A stretch of DNA of 64,000 nucleotides from Octopus sinensis (lineage: Eukaryota). The notes beneath the pieces were generated by a model that did no database searches, was not told the DNA's origin, and was given only the letters and a program-made list of their open reading frames with translations. Positions 1-13,033 of this stretch are shown here, one piece after another. The stretch spans positions 30,876,001 through 30,940,000 of the forward strand of contig NC_043003.1 in the NCBI RefSeq assembly GCF_006345805.1, given 5' to 3'. Within the stretch, counting starts at the first letter, position 1. Each line of letters begins with the position of its first letter. Made by a program: the position numbers and the translations under genes.

Positions 1-920
1 AGAGTTTAATCTTATCACTACAAAATAACAAAGCAGCCATTCATTGTGCAGTACTCCCACTGTTTACATCATTCATTTACACCTCTGTGGCGAGGTCCTG
101 AGAAATTAAGCATTTTCAGTAACAAGATAAGAATCATGGCTATTTTGGACAGTCTGCCAATACACCCTATTGATTATTTGTTTTTATTGTAACATCACTC
201 AGTTATGAACATGTTAAACAGTTGAGTTCTCTTATTATAGTAATTTAGCTTAACTCAAATATATGATGTATTTTAAGTATTTTTATTTTAATGAATTGAA
301 CTTTTATATTTTTCCTGTAAAGATATACTATAGTTTTAGATTATTCTCAAAGCTAAAATATATCTTCACAGATAAAATACATATTTCTATCTATTTACTC
401 TATTTTTTTACGTTAGGTTTTAATGTGATAAATGTATTATAAACACTTGGTCCTACTTTTTAAGTTTAAAATTTAGTTAAAGGAATTTCTTCTATAAGAA
501 GTATCATGTTTTTATTTCTTTAAGAAATATTGTTTAATTCTGTTTGATTATTTATTAAAAATATGTATTTATTTAACTATTAGTTATTATTTGTTGACCT
601 GAGGAGTGACTATACTTTTAAATTGAATTGTTTTTGGATTGGTTAAATTTAAATTTAATTGTAATTCGAATTGAAGTTATAGCCACGAAATGTACGTAGT
701 CTATACTTTATTGTGATCTACGTGAATGTTTTATCATATATTTTATTTTTTCTATATGGTATGTTTTACACCTATCATTGTTTGAATTACATAATAGGGG
801 TTTTTCTCTAATTTATATATATATATATATATATTGTAAATTTGATTTAAAACTAAATTGAATTTTTCCCTGTAAGTTTGGTGTTATACTCTTATTATTA
901 TATGTGTATATATATGTATG

Positions 921-955
<35 letters not shown>

Positions 956-1346
956 GGAGTGGCTGTGTGGTAAGTAGCTTGCTTACTGATAACATGGTTC
1001 AGGGTTCAGTCCCAGTATGTGGCACCTTGAGCAAGTGTTTTCTGCTATAGCCTCGGGCCGACCAAAGCCTTGTGAGTGGATTTGGTAGACGGAAACTGAA
1101 AGAAGCCTGTTGTATATATATATATGTATGTGTGTGTATGTGTTTGTGTGTCTGTGTTTGTCCCCCAACATCGCTTGACAACCAATGCTGGTGTGTCCCC
1201 GTAACTTAGCAGTTTGGCAAAAGAGACCGATAGAATAAGCACTAGGCTTACAAAGAATAAAGTCCTGGGGTCGATTTTCTTGACTAAAGGTGGTGCTCCA
1301 GCATGGCCACAGTCAAATGACTGAAACAATTAAAAGAGTAAAAGAG
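956..1346 (+). mobile_element. tRNA-derived SINE family A, full length
   Basis: Head GGAGTGGCTGTGTGGTAAG...GGTTCAGTCCC, central CACCTTG(G/A)GCAAGTG, internal (TA/TG)n, tail CAGCATGGCC.CAGTCAAATGACTGAAAC. Confidence 0.85.
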
Positions 1347-1597
1347 TATATATATATATATATGTGTGTGTATATATGTATATATATGTGTGTGTATATA
1401 TGTATATATATGTGTGTGTATATATGTATATATATGTGTGTATATATATATATATGTGTGTGTGTGCATATATATGTATATATATGTGTATATATATATG
1501 TGTGTGTGTGCATATATATGTATATATGTGTGTGTGTGTGCATATATATGTATATATATGTGTGTGTATATATGTATATATATGTGTATATATGTAT

Positions 1598-1637
<40 letters not shown>

Positions 1638-1669
1638 TGTATGTGTGTGTGTGTGTATATATATATGTA

Positions 1670-1755
<86 letters not shown>

Positions 1756-1780
1756 GTGTGTGTATATATATATATATATA
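1347..1780. repeat. Compound (TA)/(TG) microsatellite
   Basis: Seen directly; it produces the YI/CV-rich ORFs in the track. Confidence 0.95.
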
Positions 1781-1904
1781 ACGTATCTGAAATGTTTGAT
1801 TAAAAAAAGCCTTGCTCAAAAGATTTCATTTGCAAGACAAAAATGACATGTGACAGCTGAAGGTAAAATCTTTATTTTGTCATTCTCCTTCCTCTCTCCT
1901 GCAG

Positions 1905-1975
1905 GTCCTAATGGCTTTTCTTGTCTCACAGCTTTAAAAAGTCATCCTTATTGGAAAGTTACTGGATTGATGTAA
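1905..1975 (+). CDS. Probable terminal coding exon of an unidentified gene: (G)PNGFSCLTALKSHPYWKVTGLM*
   Basis: Long pyrimidine tract ending CTCTCCTGCAG at 1904, phase-1 open frame, tandem stops TAA TAG, repeat-free downstream UTR with a poly(A) signal. The protein was not recognised. Confidence 0.6.
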
Positions 1976-2310
1976 TAGCTGCTGAAAGACAGATTCACTA
2001 TGGCATTGTGAAACAGCTATTTTGAGGATGACTATCTTCATTTTAAATCAGCTATTATAAAATCAAATTAATTTCCACGGTTGCTTATTCATTTTACTCT
2101 ACTGGAGTCATAGATTAAGTAGATTTTGCAGTTCACGATATTTCCAAATTTTTGTTTGTAATAAGTATTTCTACAACTGAATGCCTTTTCTCAATGCTAA
2201 TGATTGACTGATTACCACCTCACATAGGTTCTACTTCTACATCACAGTACAAACAGACTGGCATATTCTGGGTATTAATATGAATTTCCCAAGATACTAT
2301 ACGTCATAAC

Positions 2311-2316
2311 AATAAA
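2311..2316 (+). terminator. Candidate polyadenylation signal
   Basis: AATAAA about 335 nt after the stop, followed about 30 nt later by a GU/U-rich stretch (TGCTTTTGTTTGTTTTGTC). Confidence 0.45.
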
Positions 2317-2621
2317 TATAAATTATCATCTTTGATATAGTAACTGCTTTTGTTTGTTTTGTCTGTCTCAACCAGGGCCATGCTGGAGCACTAGTGGTGT
2401 AATTTTATCTTATTTAGCCATATTGTTTTGTCAGAGAATTGGTGATGGTCAGAATTAATTTCATTATAGTGTCAAGTAAAAACAAGCTAATGTTGAACTG
2501 CATTAGATAAGACTGTATGTGCAGGTGGCAGAAACAAGATTTAACTTATCTCTCTTTTATTACAGTAGTATTGTCTTCTAATGTGGGGCAGTGTAGCTTT
2601 TGAAACAATTTACTTTATATT

Positions 2622-2980
2622 TAACGCCAACCACTCCGAGAGTGTAGCGGGTGATTTTATGTGCCACCGACACATAAAAAAACACCATCCGAGCGTGGCC
2701 ATCTGCCAGCCTCGTCTGGCACCTGTGTCGGTGGCACATAAAAAAACACCATCCGAGCGTGGCCGTCTGCCAGCCTCGTCTGGCACCTGTGTTGGTGGCA
2801 CATAAAATCACCCACTACACTCTCGGAGTGGTTGGCGTTAGGAAGGGCATCCAGCTGTAGAAACACTGCCAGATCTGACTGGCCTGGTGCAGCCTTCGGG
2901 CTTGCCAGACCCCAGTTGAACCGTCCAACCCATGCTAGCAAGGAAAGCGGACGTTAAACGATGATGATGATGATGATGAT
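2622..2980 (+). mobile_element. RTE 3'-end copy with an inverted 5' segment
   Basis: Same 3' module and (GAT)n tail as the 27-28 kb element; 2622-2674 is the reverse complement of 2788-2840. Confidence 0.8.
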
Positions 2981-5900
2981 TAACTGTAAATGGGTCTGCT
3001 GCTCTTTTCTATTTCAAATTGGTGCTTTTAATTTATTGCTTAGTATCACTCATATTAAAATCTTAATTAAACTTAGTATGAACTACATTGTCACCTAGAA
3101 ACTTGAAATTCTTCGATAGTCTGACCTGTTTCTTTGCTATTGCCTGACATTGGTGTTGTTCAGTTACTTTTATCAGATTGGCAGGAGCAGAGCTTTGGCG
3201 AAATGGTTCTTTAGGTGTGTAGTATTAATGCAGTATGCTGTAAAAAGCATCTTTCACTATTAGTCTATCATGAAGTGTTATGTTTGTGTTGATTGAAGTG
3301 TTGCTTGTATCTAAAGCCCAGTCTTTTCTTCCTTTTTCTTATTTTGCTGTATGTCTGAGAGTATAGGGAGAATGTGGTTGGATGGTCTGTGAGATTCTTG
3401 CAATTTTGCTATCTCACTGTCTCTGTGGAGTTAGGACCTAATGAAGTTGTTGTTTAGTTTCAGGTGAACTTCATTTGAGCAAACCTATAATCAAAGGTGT
3501 CCCACCCACGATCATACTGTTTTTAAAGACTATCATGAAACTTAATAATCTCATGTGTTATTTTTTGTTTAATGCAGTAGGGTGTAATTTGAATGAGGTT
3601 TGGCTGCTATTTCTAGTTGATTAGGTGAACATGTAAAAGGTCCCTTATCGGTTCAAGGCCCTAAGGAGTAACTTATGCATTAGATATATTCAGTCATATT
3701 TACGTTGGTCAGATGGGTGGAGTGGGTAGGAATGGGGGTGGTGTTGTAATTTTAGCATTATGTTGTAAAGCCATTCAACCTTTCTGCTGATTGTATAAGT
3801 TGCTGCAAAAAAGGTTGACTATACAGTCAGAAGGTTTATGTGGGTTGTAGCTCAATATTTGATGTTAACTCTGTTCAGACACATCTATGGCTTGAAACTG
3901 ATTCAGCAATCATGATTCCGGCAGCATTTCTTGTGTTGAAAAAGGCTGACAGCCAATGTTGTATTGTCACTTTACCTGTTGTTGCTAGACTATTTGATTG
4001 AATATCAAGATCTTTACCTGGCTTGGTAGTGATGTTTTTTTTTATGATTCTAATTTGTATGTATTCTTTAAGATCACTACAACACTCTCGATCCATCCAT
4101 TGCCTGGTTCAGTGCCTCTACCTTATGCAATGTTCAAAATATTTGAACCAGGTCTCTGATTCCTCCTTTCTCCACAACTAGTCTTGGAGATCCTAGAAAA
4201 TGGAAATTGTGATTGATGCTATCTTTCCTTCTTTGACTAAACCATATAAAAAAATTATAAACATTGTGATGTCAACAGAAAAAAAATAACTGCATTAATT
4301 ACAAACTAATTAAAAGAAAAGCTATAATGTTAATTAAAGAATGCATCACGTCTCTATTGTTTTTAATGTTGTAAAGCATTAATCTTAAGGTTTAATATGT
4401 TCACATTTTAATGAGAGTGAAATGGCTCTTTTTTATTCCAGTTTCAAGCTGTTTATAGAATATTTGCTTTTTTTAATCTCTTCTTACAAAGAAGTAATGC
4501 GGTTTTGTCATTCTATTTATTTACATCTGTAATATGGATATTCTAAGCAATAGCAATTAATCTATAAATATTTGTTGTGTGTATGTGTCCATCCATGTTC
4601 ATATGTATGTTTGTATAAACCTATTTGTGTAAGTTTGTGGTGTATTATGAATACAAGATACTGTCACTTTTCATAATCCTTTAGAATTATTATTTAAATT
4701 AGCTGATGCTAAGATCTTTATGCCTACACATATGGCTTTTACCCGCTTACTTTAGTGATTAATTTTGTCACCATAGTTGATTAACAGCTTTTTTTTCAGC
4801 AAATTTTATTCATGTCTTTCTAGGTTAGGAGTTAAGTAAAAAAAAAAAAACAGTTCTATTATTACTTATTTAATGAATAAATAATTAGCTTCTATCTTTT
4901 TGTAAAAACTTTCGATAGATGTTATAGATTGTCCATTTTCTTACATAGGCACAAGTCTACAAGTTTAGAAGGAGAGGTTTAATAAGCTAAATCAACCTCA
5001 GTACATGAGTGGTACTTTTATTTTATCAACTTTTGAAGGGTGAAAGACAAATTTGACCATGACGAGATTTGAACTCAGAATGACAAGGGTCACAGCTAAG
5101 TACTATAGGGCATTTTATTTGATTACCTAACAATTCTACCAATTCTCTGTTCTTCAATTTCTTACATAGACACAAGGCCAGAAATGTTGGAGGGTACAGT
5201 TAATTATATTGAGCCCAGTACTTGAGTAGTACTTTATTTTATCAACCCAGGAAGTTGACTGTAGCTGGATTTTAATCCAGGATATAAAAAACCATATCAA
5301 ATACTGCGGGGCCATTTTGTCCCATCACTCTAACAATTTGAACAATTTGACTAATCTGCTGTCTTAATTGAGAGATTAACGAGATATCAAAAGAGCTGAT
5401 AACTTTGAGAATTTATTGGCTGAAGTTGAGTTGAGTGAGATTTCCTGTAAATGTTTTGTTATTGTGGGTACAGGTGTAGCTGTGTTGTTAAGAAGTTTGC
5501 TTTACAATTATCTGGTTTTTCTTGACATGAAGTCAAAGAAAAGCAAAACAATAGATAATGACTCTCAAAGTAGAAATGGTGACAAATGTATAACAAGGAC
5601 TATGGCTTTCAGAAATGTTGCCTCATAAGACTATATATTTGATACTATGTATGCAGACTTTTGCACCATCTAAAAAATCAAATATTTCAAATCAACTATT
5701 ATTTCAAAAGAAATTATATCTTTTGTGGCTCTCTCTAAATTTCCAACTATTCTTACAGTTTTCAGAGTAATTTGCATTTTCCACTGGTACTACAAGTGTC
5801 ATTTATTTGCATAAAGCCATGTCATAAATGTTTAGCATTTGTTTATTTGATTACCAATGATACAATCTTAAGCTTTTGTTACATTAAGCCAGAAAACTGT

Positions 5901-8487
5901 TTACAAATTTCTAATAAGTTTACTGCACTAGTACTAAATTATTCTAGATTTGTTCTTACCTGCAATTTTACTATATGACAAATGGTGCAACATATGGTGT
6001 TGAGTGTGTTAGTTACTATTCAGTTAATTTCTTTTTATTTTTACTATGTATCTCTGTTGCCCGTTCTACATTATTTTTCGAATATTTACATGTTGTCAAC
6101 TAAACTGAGCTGGTCTAAGATGGAAGATGTTCCAGATGTAACCTTCTCATCTTTTATTGAGGTATAGTGTATCTAGAGATTATGTCATCTGTTGTGTATT
6201 CTTTGTTGTTGTTTAACTCAGTATCGGTCCCTGATCAAGCAGATCTATAATAGATGTTCTGAGTATGACCTACCCTTCTTTATTCGTAATGTATTTAGGA
6301 CTACATTATCTCTACAGTATATATTCCTTGTTGTTCAGCCGTAAGGCAACTTCTGATTAAGTAGATCTATGGTGCTCCAGCTGTAAGACTCACTGTATCT
6401 AGGACTACATTATCTACTGCATATGTTTTCTTGCTATTGTTTAACCCAAAGTCAGTTTCCAATCAAGGGTTCTGTAACCCAACTGTGACTATCCAGTCCT
6501 TTTGTATATTAGTGACCATGTGGTCCACCATTTCTTTATGCTTTTAAGACATTTGAGTGTAACCTGAAGCTGCTAGTTATATCAGATTGAGCAACTGTTG
6601 TAACAGGTGTTAATTTTTTTTATGGTTGTCTGCTCTTCTTATTGATTTCCATTTCAACTCTTCTTATTGAGCTCAACTTCAGTCATGAAGGATCAATGGC
6701 ATTTGATTATTACTAGTTATATAAAGAAGAAGAATGATGTACTTTGCTTAAGGGACAAAACTCTACAGATGTTTGAACTTCTGATCTTGTGACCTGTAGT
6801 CCAGCTTCTGGAGCTTAATAGCACAGTGGCACTGTGCTTCTATCTATTTGTAAAGAGTCTTGTTAGTAGTCTACTAGAATACTGATTACTTTGTCAAATG
6901 ACACCTGTGCATGTTTACAGCAATTATGGCTGCAAGCAGTGTTACTAGTATATTAACTTTAATTGCATATGAAGGCTTAGACATGTTCTCTCTCCCTCCC
7001 TCCCCCTCTTTCTCTCTCTTTCTCTCTCTCTCTCTCACACACACACACAGGAACATATATACATGGATACTTGCAAATACTGATACTTGGATATATATGC
7101 ATTCATATTTACACACACATATGCATATAGAGGTTTATATAGTTAAACACATACATGGTTAAACATATGGTTAATCACATATATGGTTAACCACATCATC
7201 CTCATTGTTTAACGTCTGTTTTCTATGCTAGCATGGGTTGGACAGTTTGACTGAGGTCTGGAGAGCCAGGCTCCAATCTGATCTGGCAATGTTTCTACAG
7301 CTGGATGCCCTTCCTAACGTCAACCACTCTGAGAGTGTAGTGGGTACTTTTTACATACCACCAGCACAGGAGCCAGTCAGGTGGGCCTGGATCGATTATG
7401 TTCAGGTAGTGCTTTGTAACCAAACCACTTAACTGTGAATTAGGAATGGGCTTTTCTTTTTGCCAGTCAGGTATACTGGGGTCAGCAGTGTTATGTGACC
7501 TGCTCAGGAGCATTATACAGTAGTTGTAAGATTTGAACTCCAAAACCATTATGGTCAATAGTTCAACACCTTAATTTCACAGCCATAGACAATGTCAAAT
7601 AATATTGGTTAATATCAATTATGATGTATTGATTTCTTGTAGCTTGGAAACATTCCCCCATGTAGGATACTAACTCTTGTAAAAATTATTCAGATCAATA
7701 TCATATCAGCCATGATTTCAATCAGTCTGTAAAATTAGTTTTGGAGCACATTTAGCATTGTGGTTGCAATTTCCTTGTTAAATAATTGAATTATTTCTAA
7801 TGAGGAAGGTAATTAAAATCTGTTTTGCTAAAAGCTAGCTTAAGGTCATAGAGATAGTCGGATCCCAAAGATATTATCCATAAATACCACTTTGGGACAG
7901 AAAAAGAGCATAGGCCTCCTGACAGGCTTGAACCACATATCTGTTGATTGCCAAGTACTGACAGAAGATATGTTGCTCTTTATATCATAAATTGGTGTTT
8001 ATAATGTCTAATGCAATTTAAATTAATATCTTAGGCATAGGTGTGGCTGTGTGGTAAGCAGTTTGCTTCCCAACCACATAGTCTCACTTCATGGCAACTT
8101 ATGAGTAGATTTGGTAGATGGAAACTGAAAGAAGCCTACTGTTGTGTGTGTGTGTATACATATACATTCACATATACAGCAAAACACCTGCTCTTCTCCC
8201 TCTGTCATAATTTTTTATTCCTCCAGTCTATGCCCTGTTGAGTGGTCTTATCTTGTGGGTACTTGGTGACCTCACTGGTGTTGGTGCCACTAAAAAGCAC
8301 CCAGTACACTCTGTTAAGTGGTTGGCATTAGGAAGGCATCAAGCTGTAGAAACCATGCCAAAGCAGACATAGAACTTAGTGGAGCCCTCTAGCTCATCAG
8401 TTCTCAAGCTGTCCAACTAATGCCGGTATGGAGAAAAAGGGGCATTAAATGATGGTGTGTGTATGTGTGTTACTGTCTCCATGCCTG

Positions 8488-8585
8488 TTTCATCAGGACA
8501 ATGCGTGACCCCACACTGCAAAGATCACATCACATAAGATTGAAGAGCTTGGTTGGGAAAAATTTCTTCATCCAACTTATTCAGT
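8488..8585 (+). mobile_element. Mariner transposase fragment
   Basis: HQDNA*PHTAKITSHKIEELGWEKFLHPTYS resembles the mariner HDNARPH...LGWE..HPPYSPD segment. Confidence 0.75.
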
Positions 8586-11004
8586 ACATTGTAGCTCTCT
8601 GGTCCATTTTTGGAGAGAAAATATGGTAGGGTAGTTCCTTAATAGTGATACAGTCAGCTGCAAAAACCCTTGAAGGCAGTGCCCCAGTATGGTCACTGTC
8701 CAGTAAACAAATGTACCAGTATAAATTTAGGCTTGTTTGTTGCTACAAGGAATAGGAAAATTTAAGATATGTTATTGAGAAAAAATTAAAATTATTTTTG
8801 TGAGCTCTCTATTTACTCACAAAAGAAATTTTAGTTTTCTCTCATTTTAGTGATTCTTCATATATTGAGGTGTTCAAAATAAAGTTTTACTAAATTCTGT
8901 TGTTTTGGAAAAAAAACAAACTCTTGAAGTTTCCCTTTTCTCATAAGTCATTAACACACACACACAATAGAAAACCTGTTGTGAATATGAACTCATGACC
9001 TGCAAATTGATTGGTATTCTAATATGTGCTATGTCAGTTGTTAGTTCAAAGAAGAAAAAGAACAAACCTATTGGGATTTGGACCATGTCTCTATCACTTC
9101 CAGGCAGCTATGTTATTAATTGTTCTGTTGTTGCAAATTGTTGTAACACTTTTGCTTCAAACCATTGACCCAGCATCTCTCTTCCTGTTATCACTTTTAC
9201 TGCCTCACTAGGAATAGTGGCTGTGTCTCTTTTGAATCACGTTATACTCTCTCTCTTTCTCAAAAAAAAAAAAAAAAAAAGCACATATTGGAAATGTAGT
9301 TCTGCATATTCTGTGTCTGAAAAAATTTGAGAGGGTCATGGCTGGAATGCTTTTGTCTATAAGTCTGTTTGATCAGGAGTCTCTCAGTTGTCAGATTTTA
9401 TACTAAACACTTTAAGCAACTATAGGTATTCTCAATGGTTACAGTTCTTGGGATAACCTTTGAAATACTACCACTAGGAATTCTATCCCATCCAGGTTCT
9501 TCCCCTACACCAGTACTGACCTTTAGCAGTTCAAACTGGACACCAGCTGCATCAATTGCACCATCCTGTGAGTGTTTGCTAAGGCACTGAGTGCTTCCTC
9601 ATCTCTTATGACTATTTAATTAAACTATGTTCAACAATGTGGCTGTTTTATCTCTCTTTATGTGAGTTAATAAGTCACAACCAGGATTAATTTTTCTATG
9701 CTCTCAAATAAGAATATAAAGAAACAAAGTTCTGGAGCAGATGTGCTCACTTAGATATAACTATCCTGAAATTTATCATGCTTTGAATAATTTATGGATG
9801 ATCATAAAAATGTTATTAAATTTACATTTAGTCCAAATCTTATGTAGATTCCATGTTTTTAGCCAGTGCATTTTAGAAATGGGATTCAATTCATTATTTG
9901 TTTACCTTACCATCAGTATGTTGCAGAATTTTGTTTGTCTTGGTAAGTAGAAAGACTACTAAATGCATTGAATTGATATTTGAGCTGATGAATAGGTTAT
10001 GTTACTGATGTACTTAAATGCTTAAGTGCTTTCATTTTTTTTTTTTTCAAATAATATTGCAGCTTTAAATAGTGAACTGTTACAAATGAACTCTTTTGAG
10101 TTTATTTATTTAAAAACTTAATGTTAAGTCATACAATTATTTGAAATAAGTGGGAGTAAAATCATTTGCTTCTTGGAAAAAACCAAACAAAAAAAAATCT
10201 CTTTGCTTATTATTTCTGTTTTTAAGTTTAGTTGTTTGGCACTTTAGATTATAGAACAGATTACATAATTGTCCTCTTAGTCTCATTATGTAGGTTAGTA
10301 TCAGTCAAGTTCCTTATGTGAGCTGAGGGACAAAAATTATGCCCTGAATTGTTATCATTCTATATATGACATTCTTGAGAGGAAAAGAAAAATGCATTCA
10401 TTATATATGGAAAAAATTACTAATCAAGTGGAATTAATGCTGGTACATTTGATAGGCATGTCTAGGAAACATTAAGAGCTGGGAAATATATACCATCAGA
10501 CATTTTGTCTGATGCCTAATTAAATTTTTCCAATGCATTGTCCTTAATAATTGTCTTAGATTTAGATGCACAAGGCCAGCAGTTTTGAGGGAAGTGTGTA
10601 CTGGTACTTTATTTTATCTACATCAGAGGGTATGAATTGCAAAGTTGTTCTCAATGGGATTTGAACTCTGAACATTTAAGAACTGGAACAACTACTACAG
10701 TACATTCAGACTGACGACTCCACAAAATAATTCTTTCTGTTGTTGGCATAAGACCTGGAATTTTAGGGAAGAGAAAAACTGATTCTGTTGACCCCAGTGG
10801 CCAACTGGTACTTATTTTATTGACCTCAAAAGGATGAAATTTGATTTGCCTCAGTCATTCACAAGAAGTTTTCCATGAAAAGAGATGTTCAATCTTTCAA
10901 ATTTTGCATAAATTTTTCTTTAAATTTATTTCAAGAAAACAAGTTGAATGTTGACTAATTGTTAAAATATACATGGAATTATTTTTCTTTATTTTTCACT
11001 CACA

Positions 11005-11054
<50 letters not shown>

Positions 11055-11509
11055 TACACTCATACATACGTATATGTATAAGACTCATTACAAGCTTATT
11101 TAAATCTGTCAGTTGTAACCACTGTCAAGTGTTAAGTAGAATTAAACTTCCTGCCTTGGGTGTATGTGTGTGAGAGAGCACATGTATGTGTGTGTGTGTG
11201 TGTGTGTGCATGTGTGTATATATAGGTGCAGGAGTGGCTGTGTGGTAAGAAGCTTGCTTCACAACTACATGGATCTGGGTTCAGTCCTACTGCGTGGTAC
11301 CATGGGCAAGTGTCTTCTACTATAGCCTTGGGCCGACCAAACCCTTGTGAGTGAATTTGGTAGATGGAAACTGAAAGAAGCCTGTCATGTATGTATGTAT
11401 GTATATATATATATATGTCTCTGTCCCCCCCACATAATCGCTTGACAACTGTTATTGGTGAGTTTACATCCCTATAACTTAGCGATTTGGCAAAAGAGGT
11501 CAGTAGATA

Positions 11510-11539
11510 TATCATATATATATAAAATCATCATATATA

Positions 11540-11602
<63 letters not shown>

Positions 11603-11616
11603 CACACACACATATG

Positions 11617-11647
<31 letters not shown>

Positions 11648-11662
11648 TACATACACACACAC

Positions 11663-11702
<40 letters not shown>

Positions 11703-11810
11703 CATACACACACACATATGTATATATATTATATATATATATATAATACATACACACACACATATGTATTATATATATATATATATATATATATACATAC
11801 ACACACACAC

Positions 11811-11841
<31 letters not shown>

Positions 11842-11880
11842 CATACACACACACACACATATGTATGTATATATATATAT
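11510..11880. repeat. Compound (TA)/(CA) microsatellite
   Basis: Recurrent TATATACATACACACACACATATG units. Confidence 0.95.
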
Positions 11881-12014
11881 CATCATTATTGTTTAACGTC
11901 CGTTCTCCAAGCTAGCATGGGTTGGACGGTTCGACCGGGGATCTGGGAAGCCAGAAGGCTGCACCAGGCTCCAATCTGATCTGGCAGTGTTTCTACAGCC
12001 TGATGCCCTTCAAG

Positions 12015-12340
12015 TGCAGGAGTGGCTGTGTGGTAAGTAGCTTGCTTACCAACCACATGGTTCCGGGTTCAGTCCCAATGCGTAGCACCTTGGGCCGACC
12101 AAAACCTTGTGAGTGGATTTGGTAGATGGAAACTGAAAGAAGCCCATCGTATATGTATGTATTTGTGTGTCTGTGTTTGTCCCCCACCCCCAACATCTCT
12201 TGACAACCGATGCTGGTGTGTTTACGTCCCCGTAACTTAGCAGTTTGGCAAGAGAGACCGATAGAATAAGTGCTAGGCTTACAAAGAATAAGTCCTGGGG
12301 TCGATTTCCTCGACTAAAGGCAGTGCTCCAGCATGGCTGA
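12015..12340 (+). mobile_element. SINE family A copy
   Basis: Same modules as 956-1346. A 3'-truncated copy lies at 11228-11505. Confidence 0.85.
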
Positions 12341-13033
12341 AGGTAGTCTGGATCAAATGCTTCTTTTGGCTGTCTCCTTACGTATACTCAACCAGTGGTC
12401 AGAAATGAGGTAAAGGATGACTCATCTGAGAAAATAACATTCTTCCACTGTTCTAGGGACCAATTCTGTAGGTTTTACTCCACTCTAAATGCTTTGCAAC
12501 ATTAGTTTTTGAAAGTAGTGGTTTTCTGATTGCAGCCCTACCATGAATTCTGGCTTTGTGCATCTCCTGGCAAACAATTTTTGTGGAAACTGGGTTCTCA
12601 AAATGGTCATTAAGCTCTGCAGTAATTTTGGGAGCTGTACTTTTGTGATCCTTTCTAACAATTCATGTTAAGTGTCTGATGGTCCCTATCTGAAAGTTTT
12701 GATTTTCTTCCAAAGTTTTGTTTCGATGAGGAGGTTTTTTCCTCCTTTCTCAAGAGAGTTCTGTTTGATACACGAAACATTTCGGCTGTTTTCATTATGC
12801 TAGCACCTGCCATACGAGCACCAACAATTTGACCTATTTGATCTGTCATTTTAATGGATCTTAATTACCTTTCTCCAATGATATCTGTAAAGAAACAGTA
12901 ATTTTAGCAAAACATATAAAGCAACACTAATAATAAATAAAAAAAACATAAAAATAAACAAGCTTTGGATAGTTTTATAGATATTTCATAATTATGATGC
13001 TAGGTGTTTCCATTGTTTAGTCCAAATCCTGTG
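12341..13033 (-). mobile_element. Tc1-family transposon, left portion with TIR
   Basis: GQIVGARMAGAS...GRKSKLSDRD...RAAIRKPLLSK...IFSDESSFT...RQPKEAFDPD. TIR CACAGGATTTGGACTAAACAATGGAAACACC is preceded by TA (13034-35). Confidence 0.85.

Noticed and set aside
1290-1846. Long YI/CV/HT-rich ORFs (also at 11455-11979, 26606-27305 and 28108-28959)
   Set aside because: They are translations of dinucleotide microsatellites, open on both strands.
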